Shown: one piece after another, positions 20,844 through 28,905 of the stretch
Numbering within the stretch: the stretch's first letter is position 1
Layout: the number at the start of each line of letters is the position of its first letter
From: Stellaceae bacterium
GTDB taxonomy: Bacteria; Pseudomonadota; Alphaproteobacteria; ATCC43930; CGMCC-115725
Direction: 5' to 3'
Length of the DNA: 62,947 nt
Assembly (NCBI GenBank): GCA_036273175.1
Contig: DASUIE010000154.1
Coordinates: 1-62,947 of the forward strand
Notes under the pieces: model-generated
What the model was told of the DNA's origin: nothing
What the model saw: only the letters and a program-made list of their open reading frames with translations
The model's database searches: none
Made by a program: the position numbers and the translations under genes

Positions 20844-21714
20844 TCGGAGGGACGCCGGCCAGCGCATCGCGCTGGTCGGCAAAAAGCTGGCGGATCCAGT
20901 CGATCACCGCGCGGACGCAGGCAGCGCGTCGTAAGTCGCGGTGAACGATGACCCAGTACTCCGCGGCGATCTCCGGAATAGGCGCGGTGAGCCGCTCCAG
21001 CAGCGGGTCGTAGTCTCCGATAAAGCAGGGCTGAATGCCCCGCCCGGCGCCCGCGCGGATCGCCGCGAGATGCATCGTCCCGGTCGAGGCGCGCAACACG
21101 ATCGGGTCGTCGCCCTCCCGGACCCGCTGCAGCACCCACCGCGCCGTCGGATAATGAGCCTGCTCCTCCGTATAGGTCACCCAGGCATTGCTGCCCGAGC
21201 CGATCCGCCGGTACACGGCGCAGGCAAACTCGCCGAGCTTGGCGACGTGGAGGTCGCCGCCCTCCGGCGGGTGGTGGCGGACCGCGAGATCGGCCTCGCG
21301 CCGCGCCAGGTTTGCGGTCTGCTGCGACTCGACCAGCTCGATGGTAATGCCCTCGGGAAGCGGCTTGGCTCCGGTGCGGCCGAGATGACGGGCGAGAAAG
21401 CTCGCCGCCCATTCGCCGACCGACACCCGGACGGTGCCGCTGAGGACCGGCGATGCTGCCGCGCGACGCCGCTCGACCGCGAGCGCCGCTATCTCGATCT
21501 GCTCCACCGCCGGCAGAAGCGCGTCGCCCGCCGGGTTGAGCCGCAGCCCGTCGGGCAGACGATCGAACAATGCCGGCCCCCCGAAGGAAGTCTCGAACGC
21601 CGACAGCCGCCGCCCGACCGTCGGCTGGCTCAGCCCGAGCGAGCGCCCGGCCGCCCGCAGCGACCCGTTCCGGGCAACCGCGAGAAACACCCGGGCATCG
21701 TCCCAATCCATCAT
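20770..21714 (-). CDS. LysR-family transcriptional regulator
   Basis: N-terminal wHTH MMDWDDARVFLAVARNGSLRAAGRSLGLSQPTVGRRLSAFE followed by a typical LTTR effector domain. It is divergent from the cupin-cydDC genes. Its last ~25 codons overlap the convergent membrane-protein ORF. Confidence 0.85.
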   Translation of the reverse strand: MMDWDDARVFLAVARNGSLRAAGRSLGLSQPTVGRRLSAFETSFGGPALFDRLPDGLRLNPAGDALLPAVEQIEIAALAVERRRAAASPVLSGTVRVSVGEWAASFLARHLGRTGAKPLPEGITIELVESQQTANLARREADLAVRHHPPEGGDLHVAKLGEFACAVYRRIGSGSNAWVTYTEEQAHYPTARWVLQRVREGDDPIVLRASTGTMHLAAIRAGAGRGIQPCFIGDYDPLLERLTAPIPEIAAEYWVIVHRDLRRAACVRAVIDWIRQLFADQRDALAGVPPIRSSAPDTSSRRRGSRAVSPARSG

Positions 21715-21727
21715 TGGAGCCTCGTCC

Positions 21728-21794
21728 GATACCGATACAAATCCGTATCACTGTAAGCCGAATTTGTGGATCGATGAAATCAGTTTGTATCGAT
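21728..21794. promoter_or_regulatory. candidate LysR-type operator region in the divergent lysR / cupin-cydDC intergenic spacer
   Basis: GATAC at 21728 and 21734 faces GTATC at 21745, forming an ATAC-N12-GTAT dyad. A further GTATC lies at 21787, and ATCGAT occurs at 21770 and 21789. The spacer is AT-rich. Confidence 0.4.
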
Positions 21795-21829
21795 ATGATG
21801 CGTCCGGCCCCAACGAGCGGAGCATAGCG

Positions 21830-22276
21830 ATGACCACGATTCTCGACCTCAAGGGCACGCTCGCGAAGATGCCGATGATGGAGGGGCGGCGCCCGGAATC
21901 GACCGAGGCCGAGCGCAAAGCGACCGGCGCGTTCGTAACCCTGGCCCCCTATCGTGACGGCAACATCTACAGCGCGAAATTCTCGGGCGAGGCCGCCTGG
22001 GAACGCCATCCCAGCGGCGACGAGCTTGTGCAGATCGTGGACGGGTCGTGCACGATGCACCTGATGACCGAGCGAGGGCCCGAAAGCCACGAAGTCGCCG
22101 CCGGGACGACGGTCGTGGTGCCGCAGAACACCTGGCACCGCTTTTCCGCCCCGAGCGGGGTCAGCATCGTCACCGCGACGCCGCGCCCCACCGAGCATCT
22201 GACCGTCGACGTCGCGGACCCCCGCACGCTGAGCGACGCGCAGCGGACGGCCAATTCCGAAGAGAAAGTCCGCTGA
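21830..22276 (+). CDS. cupin domain protein
   Basis: 148 aa. ...WERHPSGDELVQIVDGSCTMHL...VVVPQNTWHRF shows cupin motifs 1 and 2. The stop overlaps the next start by 1 nt (TGATG at 22274-22278). Confidence 0.7.
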   Translation: MTTILDLKGTLAKMPMMEGRRPESTEAERKATGAFVTLAPYRDGNIYSAKFSGEAAWERHPSGDELVQIVDGSCTMHLMTERGPESHEVAAGTTVVVPQNTWHRFSAPSGVSIVTATPRPTEHLTVDVADPRTLSDAQRTANSEEKVR

Positions 22277-25200
22277 TGTATTTCGACCGGCGCTTGTGGG
22301 AGCTGACCAGAGGGCTGCGCGGCCGGATCGCCGCCGGCATCGTTATCGGCCTGGCCGCGGCCGGGTTCGGGATCGCCCGTTTCGCGCTGCTCGGCACCTT
22401 GCTGGCGCTGGTCTTCGCCGGGGCCGGGACCGGGCCGATCGCGCTCGCGGCTGCCGGGGTCGCGGCGGCGGTCGTCGCGCGGGCGCTGCTCGATTACATC
22501 CGCACCGTCGTCGCGCACCGCACCGCCGCGGTGGTGCAGAACGACTTGCGCCGGCGTCTCTACGACAAGATCGCCGAGCTTGGCCCGGCCTGGTTCGCCG
22601 GCGAGCGCACCGGCGGCGTCATGCTGTCGGTAGTCGACGGGGTCGAGCAGCTCCAGACCTTTTTCGGCCAGTACGTGCCGCAAGTCTGCGTCGCCGCGCT
22701 GACGCCGATCGCGATCTTTCTCTTCATCGTGTGGTGGGATCTGCCGGTCGCCTGCGTGATGCTTGCCGGGGCGCTGGTGACCCTCTTTGCTCCGCTTGTC
22801 TTCAACAAGGTCGAGGGCGGCCGCGGCCGGAAGCGGCACGAGGCGATGAAGGGCTTTGGGGCGGAGTTCCTCGATGCGGTGCAGGGGCTGCCGACGCTCA
22901 AGGCGTTCGGGCAGAGCCGCGCCTATGGGCTCAAGCTCGCGGAGCGCGCGCGGTACCTCTCCGAGACGACGATGCGGGTGCTGGCGACGAGCGTGATGAC
23001 CCGCGGGATCACCGATTGCGGCATCGCCATCGGCGCCGCCGCCGCGCTCGCTCTCGGCGTCTACCGCGTGTCGCACGGCGAAACCACGATCCAGGCGCTG
23101 CTGATCGTGCTGATGTGCGGCACGGAGGTGTACCGGCCGCTGCGGGATCTGCGCTCGGTGCTGCACCAGGGGATGGTCGGGCAGTCGGCCGCCGCGGGCA
23201 TCGGCGCGCTGTTCGATGCCGAGCCGCTGGTGCCGCTCCGCCCGACGGTCAGGAGCCTCGCCCCGGTAGACCGGGTGCCGAGCATCGCCTTCGAGAATGT
23301 CGAATTCGCCTATCCGGGCGGCCGCGGCAACGCCCATGACGGGTTGAGCTTTACGGTCGCGGCGGGCGAGAAGATCGGGATCGTCGGGCCGAGCGGGTCG
23401 GGGAAATCATCCGTCGCACGGCTGCTGCTCCATCTGTTCGATCCCCAGGCCGGCCGGATCGCGGTTGGGGGCGCGGACATCCGCACCCTCGACCCCGACG
23501 AGCTGAGGCGGCAGATCGCCGTCGTCCATCAAGACACCTACCTGTTCCACGGCACGGTCGCCGAGAACCTCCGCCTCGGCAATCCGGACGCCAGCCAGGC
23601 CGAGATCGAGGAAGCCGCGCGCGACGCCAACGCGCACGAGTTCATCGCGCGCCTGCCGCAGGGCTACCAGACGATGCTCGGGGAGCGCGGCGCCAACCTG
23701 TCGGGCGGCCAGCGCCAGCGCCTGGCGATCGCCCGGGCGCTGTTGCGCGACGCGCCGATCCTGATCCTCGACGAGGCGCTGTCCTCGGTCGATGCTGAAA
23801 ACGAGGCGGTGATCCAGGAGGCGATCGACCGGCTGTCGCACGGCCGCACGACGCTGATCCTGGCGCATCGGCTGTCGAGCGTGATCGGCGCCGACCGCAT
23901 TCTCGTGCTCGATCGCGGCAAGATCGTCGAGACCGGCCGTCATGCCGAGCTGATCCGCCGCGACGGCCCCTATCGCCGGCTGATGGGCGCACAGGCCGAG
24001 GAGCGCGGCGGCGACGACCTCGACCTGGCCGAACCGGATGCCGAGGCGGCCGGCAGCGCCGAAACCACCGATTTCGGCGAGGCGGCGACGACCGCGACGG
24101 CGGAAGCGGCGGCGCGGGTGGGTGCCGGACAGACCCTCGCGACCCTGATCGCGATCATCGCGCCGTGGCGCCGCAAATTCGCGATCGTCGTCACCTCCGG
24201 GATCGCCCGGGTCGCCGCCTTTATCGGCGTGGGCATTATCGGGGCGCTCGCGGTCGCGGCGGTCAAGAGCGGGATGCCCTACGGCACTCTGCTGATCGCC
24301 CTCGCCATCGCCGCGCCGCTCGCCGGCCTTCTCCACTGGCTCGAAAGCTGGCTCGCGCACGAGATCGCCTACCGGCTCCTCGCCGAGATGCGCATCGACC
24401 TCTACAAAAAGCTCGACGCGCTGGCGCCGGCCTATCTGGTGCGGCGGCGCTCGGGCGACCTGATCGCGCTGGCGAGCCAGGACATCGAGACGATCGAATA
24501 TTTCTTCGCCCATACCGTGGCGCCGGCGCTGATCGCGGTGCTGGTGCCGTCGGCGGTGCTGGCGACGCTCGCCGTCATCGCCTGGCCGATTGCGCTCGCG
24601 CTGCTGCCTTTCGTGCTTTATGCCGGGCTGGCCCCGGCGGTGACGCGACGGCGGATCGACCGGTTCGGCGCCGAGGCGCGCGACGCGCTGGGGTTGCTGG
24701 GCGCCTACGTCACCGAGACGATCCAGGGCCTTTCCGACCTGATCGCGTTCCAGGCCGTCGAACGGCGCCGCGACGGCTTCATGGACGCCGTGCGCGGCTA
24801 TCAGAAGACCCGGCTGGCGCTGCTCACCGACCTCGCCGCGCAAACCGCGCTGTTCGAGGTCGCGACCGGGCTGGGCGGCGTCGCCGTCGCCGTGGTCGGG
24901 GCGTGGCTGGTGGCGCAGCACGAGCTCGGCGCGACCACCCTCCCCTTGCTGATCCTGATCGCCCTCGCTTCGTTCCTGCCGATTTCGGAAATCGCGCAGG
25001 TAAGCCGCCAGCTCGCCGACACGATCGCCTCGACCCGGCGGTTTCACGCGGTGATGCATGAGGAGCCGGCGGTGGTCGACGGGGCGCTGCACCCGCCGAG
25101 GCCGGCCGGCGGCTCGTCGATCCGCTTCGAGGATGTCGGGTTTGCCTATCCCGGCGCACGCCGCCCGGCGCTGGACGGCGTCTCGCTCGACATCGCCGCG

Positions 25201-25872
25201 GGCAGCACCGTCGCCGTGGTCGGCCCCTCCGGCGCCGGCAAGACGACGCTCGCCAACCTGCTGCTGCGCTTCTGGGACCCCGGCAGCGGGCAGGTCCGCA
25301 TCGACGGGGTCAACCTCTCGGAATTCGAGCTCGACGAGTTGCGCGGGCGGGTCTCGCTGGTCTCCCAGGACACGTACCTGTTCAACGACAGCTTGCGCGC
25401 CAATGTCGGTCTCGCCCGGCCGGAGGCCGACGAGGCCGCGATCCGCCGAGCGCTCGAGCAGGCGGCCCTCGCCGAGTTCGTCGCCAGCCTGCCCGAGGGG
25501 CTCGACACCCGGGTCGGCGAGCGCGGGGTGCAGCTTTCCGGCGGCCAGCGGCAGCGCGTGGCGATCGCCCGCGCCTTTCTGAAGAACGCGCCGACATTGA
25601 TCCTCGACGAAGCGACCTCGCATCTCGACGCGGTCAGCGAAGCGCAGGTTCGCGCGGCGCTCGACGCGCTGATGCGAGACCGCACGACGATCGTTATCGC
25701 CCATCGCCTGTCGACCGTGCGCAACGCCGACCGGCTGGTCGTGCTCGATCGCGGCCGGCTCGTCGAGACCGGCAGCCATGCCGAGCTCGTCGCCCGGAAC
25801 GGGCTCTATGCGCGGCTGATCCGGCGCCAGCTGGCGGGGGCTCAGGAGCGTGTGCGGGCTGTCGGCGATTAA
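22276..25872 (+). CDS. cydDC: fused CydD-CydC-type thiol-reductant ABC exporter (TMD-NBD-TMD-NBD in one polypeptide)
   Basis: 1198 aa from MYFDRRLWELTRGLRG. The first half has the CydD-like LYDKIAELGPAWFAGERTGG, Walker A GPSGSGKSS and LSGGQRQRLAIARAL. An acidic/Ala-Thr linker follows (about 24000-24130). The second half has Walker A GPSGAGKTT and LSGGQRQRVAIARAF. Confidence 0.75.
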   Translation: MYFDRRLWELTRGLRGRIAAGIVIGLAAAGFGIARFALLGTLLALVFAGAGTGPIALAAAGVAAAVVARALLDYIRTVVAHRTAAVVQNDLRRRLYDKIAELGPAWFAGERTGGVMLSVVDGVEQLQTFFGQYVPQVCVAALTPIAIFLFIVWWDLPVACVMLAGALVTLFAPLVFNKVEGGRGRKRHEAMKGFGAEFLDAVQGLPTLKAFGQSRAYGLKLAERARYLSETTMRVLATSVMTRGITDCGIAIGAAAALALGVYRVSHGETTIQALLIVLMCGTEVYRPLRDLRSVLHQGMVGQSAAAGIGALFDAEPLVPLRPTVRSLAPVDRVPSIAFENVEFAYPGGRGNAHDGLSFTVAAGEKIGIVGPSGSGKSSVARLLLHLFDPQAGRIAVGGADIRTLDPDELRRQIAVVHQDTYLFHGTVAENLRLGNPDASQAEIEEAARDANAHEFIARLPQGYQTMLGERGANLSGGQRQRLAIARALLRDAPILILDEALSSVDAENEAVIQEAIDRLSHGRTTLILAHRLSSVIGADRILVLDRGKIVETGRHAELIRRDGPYRRLMGAQAEERGGDDLDLAEPDAEAAGSAETTDFGEAATTATAEAAARVGAGQTLATLIAIIAPWRRKFAIVVTSGIARVAAFIGVGIIGALAVAAVKSGMPYGTLLIALAIAAPLAGLLHWLESWLAHEIAYRLLAEMRIDLYKKLDALAPAYLVRRRSGDLIALASQDIETIEYFFAHTVAPALIAVLVPSAVLATLAVIAWPIALALLPFVLYAGLAPAVTRRRIDRFGAEARDALGLLGAYVTETIQGLSDLIAFQAVERRRDGFMDAVRGYQKTRLALLTDLAAQTALFEVATGLGGVAVAVVGAWLVAQHELGATTLPLLILIALASFLPISEIAQVSRQLADTIASTRRFHAVMHEEPAVVDGALHPPRPAGGSSIRFEDVGFAYPGARRPALDGVSLDIAAGSTVAVVGPSGAGKTTLANLLLRFWDPGSGQVRIDGVNLSEFELDELRGRVSLVSQDTYLFNDSLRANVGLARPEADEAAIRRALEQAALAEFVASLPEGLDTRVGERGVQLSGGQRQRVAIARAFLKNAPTLILDEATSHLDAVSEAQVRAALDALMRDRTTIVIAHRLSTVRNADRLVVLDRGRLVETGSHAELVARNGLYARLIRRQLAGAQERVRAVGD

Positions 25873-25878
25873 GCATTT

Positions 25879-25905
25879 CTGTTAACAGAGCCCTAACTAA
25901 CAGAG
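25879..25905. promoter_or_regulatory. 10-bp perfect palindrome plus a direct repeat in the AT-rich spacer after cydDC
   Basis: CTGTTAACAG (25879-25888). TAACAGAG is repeated at 25883-25890 and 25898-25905. Confidence 0.3.
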
Positions 25906-25911
25906 GCTTAG

Positions 25912-25947
25912 CTTTTCCCTAACCGCCATCACGGCGGGAGGGAAAAG
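25912..25947 (+). promoter_or_regulatory. strong imperfect hairpin (9 bp + 5 bp) that could end the cydDC transcript and sequesters the SD of the 81-aa ORF
   Basis: CTTTTCCCT-AA-CCGCC / loop ATCAC / GGCGG-G-AGGGAAAAG. No U-tract follows. The GGGAGGGA SD lies in the 3' arm. Confidence 0.4.
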
Positions 25948-25949
25948 CG

Positions 25950-26195
25950 ATGCCTGCCGACGGATTTACTTCCGAGCAACGGACCCGCTTATCGGCGATC
26001 TGGGACCGCCTCTACGAACTCTACCTCGATCAGGCCAACGGCGCCCGCGACGGCGGCGCGATCGATGCCGAGATCGAAAGACTGATCGCGGAGCGCAACG
26101 CCATCCGCCCCTGGGGCTGGAACACGGGCCAGAACTGGAAGGACGACATCCCGCCCGAGGAACTCGCGAAGATGATGGCGGTGGGGCAGAAATAG
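25950..26195 (+). CDS. hypothetical protein (81 aa, Trp-rich C-terminal half)
   Basis: GC-rich third codon positions like bona fide genes. A strong GGGAGGGA SD lies 5-12 nt upstream. No family recognised. Confidence 0.5.
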   Translation: MPADGFTSEQRTRLSAIWDRLYELYLDQANGARDGGAIDAEIERLIAERNAIRPWGWNTGQNWKDDIPPEELAKMMAVGQK

Positions 26196-26198
26196 CCC

Positions 26199-26915
26199 TT
26201 ACACCCGTAAATCCAGGATCATCGGCGAGTGGTCGCTAAGCCCGGCGAGCCGCTCGTCGTGCGAATAGCGCACCTCGCCCGCCGATGCGGCCAGCCGCGG
26301 CGACAGGAAGGCGTGGTCGATGCGAAACCCGTTGCCGCGGTGGCTGTACCACGAATATTCCCGGCCCTCGGGGTAGCGGTGACGCCATAAATCACGGAAG
26401 CCGATCGCCTCGATCCGGTCCATGTAATAGCCGGTGGCGTCGAACTTGCCCGCCTCGTCGAGATAGGCCCGGCAGGTGTTGAAATCGCCGATCGCCAGGG
26501 TCTCGACCCCCGGCTCGCCCAGCGCCGCCAGCAACGCATCCCAATAGGGGATCTTGGCCTTCAGGTTCGGCATATAGACGCCGCACAAGCTGAAACCCGG
26601 AAAGTCCGCGCGCACAAGCTTGTGGGGCTCGGGAAGGTCGGCGCAGACCGCGCCGCGGGCATGGAAGCGCGTGCGGGCGGCCACCAGCACGCCGTTGAGC
26701 CCGGCCGGCGGGATCGGGACGCTCGCATGGCGGTAGCCGAGCCGCGCCAGCGCCTCGACGAGCCGCAGCCCGGAATCGCCGCCGCGGTACTCCGAAAGGA
26801 CGAGAACGTCGGCGTCGTGCCGTGCCAGCGCTTCGGCTATCGCGCCAAGGCGAGTGCCGCCGCCCTGACGGATGTTCCAGGCCAGGAGCCTGACCTTGCG
26901 GGACCGCGCGCTCAT
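26199..26915 (-). CDS. endonuclease/exonuclease/phosphatase (EEP) family protein
   Basis: 238 aa from MSARSRKVRLLAWNIRQGGG... Motifs VLVLSEY, IGDFN and the C-terminal SDHSPMILDL are EEP hallmarks. ATGA overlap with the MFS gene stop at 26912-26915. Confidence 0.8.
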   Translation of the reverse strand: MSARSRKVRLLAWNIRQGGGTRLGAIAEALARHDADVLVLSEYRGGDSGLRLVEALARLGYRHASVPIPPAGLNGVLVAARTRFHARGAVCADLPEPHKLVRADFPGFSLCGVYMPNLKAKIPYWDALLAALGEPGVETLAIGDFNTCRAYLDEAGKFDATGYYMDRIEAIGFRDLWRHRYPEGREYSWYSHRGNGFRIDHAFLSPRLAASAGEVRYSHDERLAGLSDHSPMILDLRV

Positions 26916-28318
26916 CGCGGGCGCGGCACCGCCCGACCGGCGACCTCGGCGCCCGCGTCCGGAGACATTCTGAGGAAGAGCGGCACCGAGGATAGCGAAA
27001 TCGCCCCCACCGCCAGCAGCGCCACCGAGAAATCGCCGGGCGTCAGGGTGCCCGCGCCATGCGTCGCGAGCAGCAGATAAAGGATCGTCGCGCCGGCGCC
27101 GACCCCGACGCTTTGCGACAATTGCTGGCACATGCTGGTCAGGCTCGTGGCCCGGCTCAGCATCGCCGGCGGCACGTCGGCATAGCTCAGCGTATTGATG
27201 CTGGTCATCTGCAGCGAGCGGAAGAACCCGCCGGCCAGCAGCAGCAGGAAGATCACGACATGCGGGGTACTCGGCCGGAAGAACGAGTATCCGATCAGAA
27301 AGGCGGCGCTCAGCACCGCGTTGCCGGCGAGCACGGTGCGGAAGCCGAGGGCGCGGATGATCGTCGTCACCGAGGTTTTCATCGTCATCGCGCCCGCCGC
27401 CTGGGCAAAGGTCAGGAGCCCGGACTTGAGCGGGCTCAGGCCGAACCCGACCTGCAGCATCAGCGGCATCAAAAACGGCAGCGCCCCGGTGCCGATGCGG
27501 AAGATGAAGCCGCCGGTTGTCGCCGCCGCGTAGGTGGGGATCCGCAGCAACGACAGGTCGATGATCGGGTGGTCGACCCGCCGCGCATGCCGGATATACG
27601 CGGCCACGCAGGCGCCGCCGATCGCGAGCAGAGCGAGAGAAATCGGAAGCGGCACGGCGCCGCGCCCGGCCGTCTCGAACCCGAAAGCCAAACTCGCCAG
27701 TCCGATGCCGGTCAGGATGAAGCCCCCGAGATCGAACGGGCGGACCGCTCCGTCGTCGAGGTTTTTGATGACGAGGTTGATCAGCAGCACCCCGGCGATC
27801 CCGATCGGGATGTTGATGAAGAAGATCCAGCGCCAGGAGGCATAGGTCACGATCAAACCGCCGAGCGGCGGCCCGACAATCGGGCCGATCAGCGCCGGTA
27901 CGCTGACGAACGACATCGCCCGCACCAGCTCGGACCGCGGCACGGTGCGCAGCAGCACGAGCCGGCCGACCGGCACCATCATCGCCCCGCCCATCCCCTG
28001 CACGATCCGTGCGACGACCAGCATCGGCAGCGAGTTCGACAGCCCGCACGCGATCGAGCCCAGCGTGAACACAACGATCGCGCCGCTAAACACTTGGCGG
28101 GCGCCGAAGCGGTCGGCGGTCCACCCGCTGATCGGGATGAAGACCGCCAGGCTCAGCAGGTAGCAGGTGATTGCCACATTGAGCTGAAGCGGGCTCTCGC
28201 CGAGCGAGCGGGCGATCGCCGGAAGGGCCGTCGCGATGATCGTCGAATCGAGGTTCTGCATGAACATCGCGCAGGCGACGATCAGCGAGATGACGAACTG
28301 GCGGGAGTTCGGGACCAT
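26912..28318 (-). CDS. MFS transporter, DHA2 (EmrB/QacA-like, 14-TMS) family
   Basis: 468 aa. LDSTIIATALPAIARSLG..., the motif-A-like GWTADRFGARQVF, and about 14 hydrophobic segments. Confidence 0.85.
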   Translation of the reverse strand: MVPNSRQFVISLIVACAMFMQNLDSTIIATALPAIARSLGESPLQLNVAITCYLLSLAVFIPISGWTADRFGARQVFSGAIVVFTLGSIACGLSNSLPMLVVARIVQGMGGAMMVPVGRLVLLRTVPRSELVRAMSFVSVPALIGPIVGPPLGGLIVTYASWRWIFFINIPIGIAGVLLINLVIKNLDDGAVRPFDLGGFILTGIGLASLAFGFETAGRGAVPLPISLALLAIGGACVAAYIRHARRVDHPIIDLSLLRIPTYAAATTGGFIFRIGTGALPFLMPLMLQVGFGLSPLKSGLLTFAQAAGAMTMKTSVTTIIRALGFRTVLAGNAVLSAAFLIGYSFFRPSTPHVVIFLLLLAGGFFRSLQMTSINTLSYADVPPAMLSRATSLTSMCQQLSQSVGVGAGATILYLLLATHGAGTLTPGDFSVALLAVGAISLSSVPLFLRMSPDAGAEVAGRAVPRPR

Positions 28319-28362
28319 GCTCCCAGCCTATACAGCGCCGGCCCGCCGGGCGACACTGGCGC

Positions 28363-28905
28363 ATGGTTGAGAACCGGCTGTTCGTGCTGGTCTTGCAGCA
28401 CCCGCAAGAGCGGCGGCAGGCATTGTCCACCGCAGCCGGGATAGCCGGAACTCTGGCGCGGGCAAAGGTCGCGGTCGGGCTGTCCTGGCCCAATCTGGCG
28501 CGCGCGCTTGGCCGCGCGGCCGACCCTCGGCACTGGGGCGTGCTCTATCTCGGCTCGGCTCGCCCGCAAGGCGATCGCGAGATCGTCGCGCTCGACCGCC
28601 GGGGCGAGACGGCCGATGGCGAGGCGCTGCTGCGCGGGCTCGAGGGCATCGTGCTGATCGACGGCACCTGGAGCCAGGCCAAGAATTTGTGGTGGCGCAA
28701 CCCGTGGCTCCTCAAGCTGCACCGCCTGGTGCTCAACCCGCCCCGCCCGGCCCGCTATGGCGAGGTCCGCCGCGAGCCCCGGCGCGACGCGCTGTCGACG
28801 ATCGAGGCGGCGGCGCTCGTCCTGCGCCGCGCGGAGACCGGAGAGGAAGCCGCCGATGCGCTTCTCGCCGCGCTCGACCGGCTGATCGAGGCTAATCGGG
28901 CTTGA
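28363..28905 (+). CDS. DTW-domain protein (tRNA-uridine aminocarboxypropyltransferase family), short form
   Basis: 180 aa with the LIDGTWSQAKNLW (DTW) motif and a downstream YGEVRREPRRDALSTIEA region. It lacks an N-terminal Cys cluster (see findings). Confidence 0.7.
   Translation: MVENRLFVLVLQHPQERRQALSTAAGIAGTLARAKVAVGLSWPNLARALGRAADPRHWGVLYLGSARPQGDREIVALDRRGETADGEALLRGLEGIVLIDGTWSQAKNLWWRNPWLLKLHRLVLNPPRPARYGEVRREPRRDALSTIEAAALVLRRAETGEEAADALLAALDRLIEANRA

Noticed and set aside
22048-22275. N-terminal extensions offered by the ORF track: cydDC from 22048, fumC from 8154, alr from 51290, radA from 53384, purL from 39607, the binding protein from 12177 and livM from 3264.
   Set aside because: The extensions overlap the preceding well-supported gene and are Arg/Pro-rich. 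They are not needed to reach the conserved N-termini. In most cases the internal starts coincide with ATGA/GTGA coupling junctions or with SD sequences.
28892-28905. Multiple convergent 3'-end overlaps (28892-28905, 33328-33349, 37238-37259, 45563-45566, 19576-19579, 9821-9824), considered as a special antisense regulatory system.
   Set aside because: Short convergent overlaps are common in compact high-GC genomes, where stop codons are rare in the complementary frames. Only the 74-nt lysR/membrane-ORF overlap seemed unusual enough to report.
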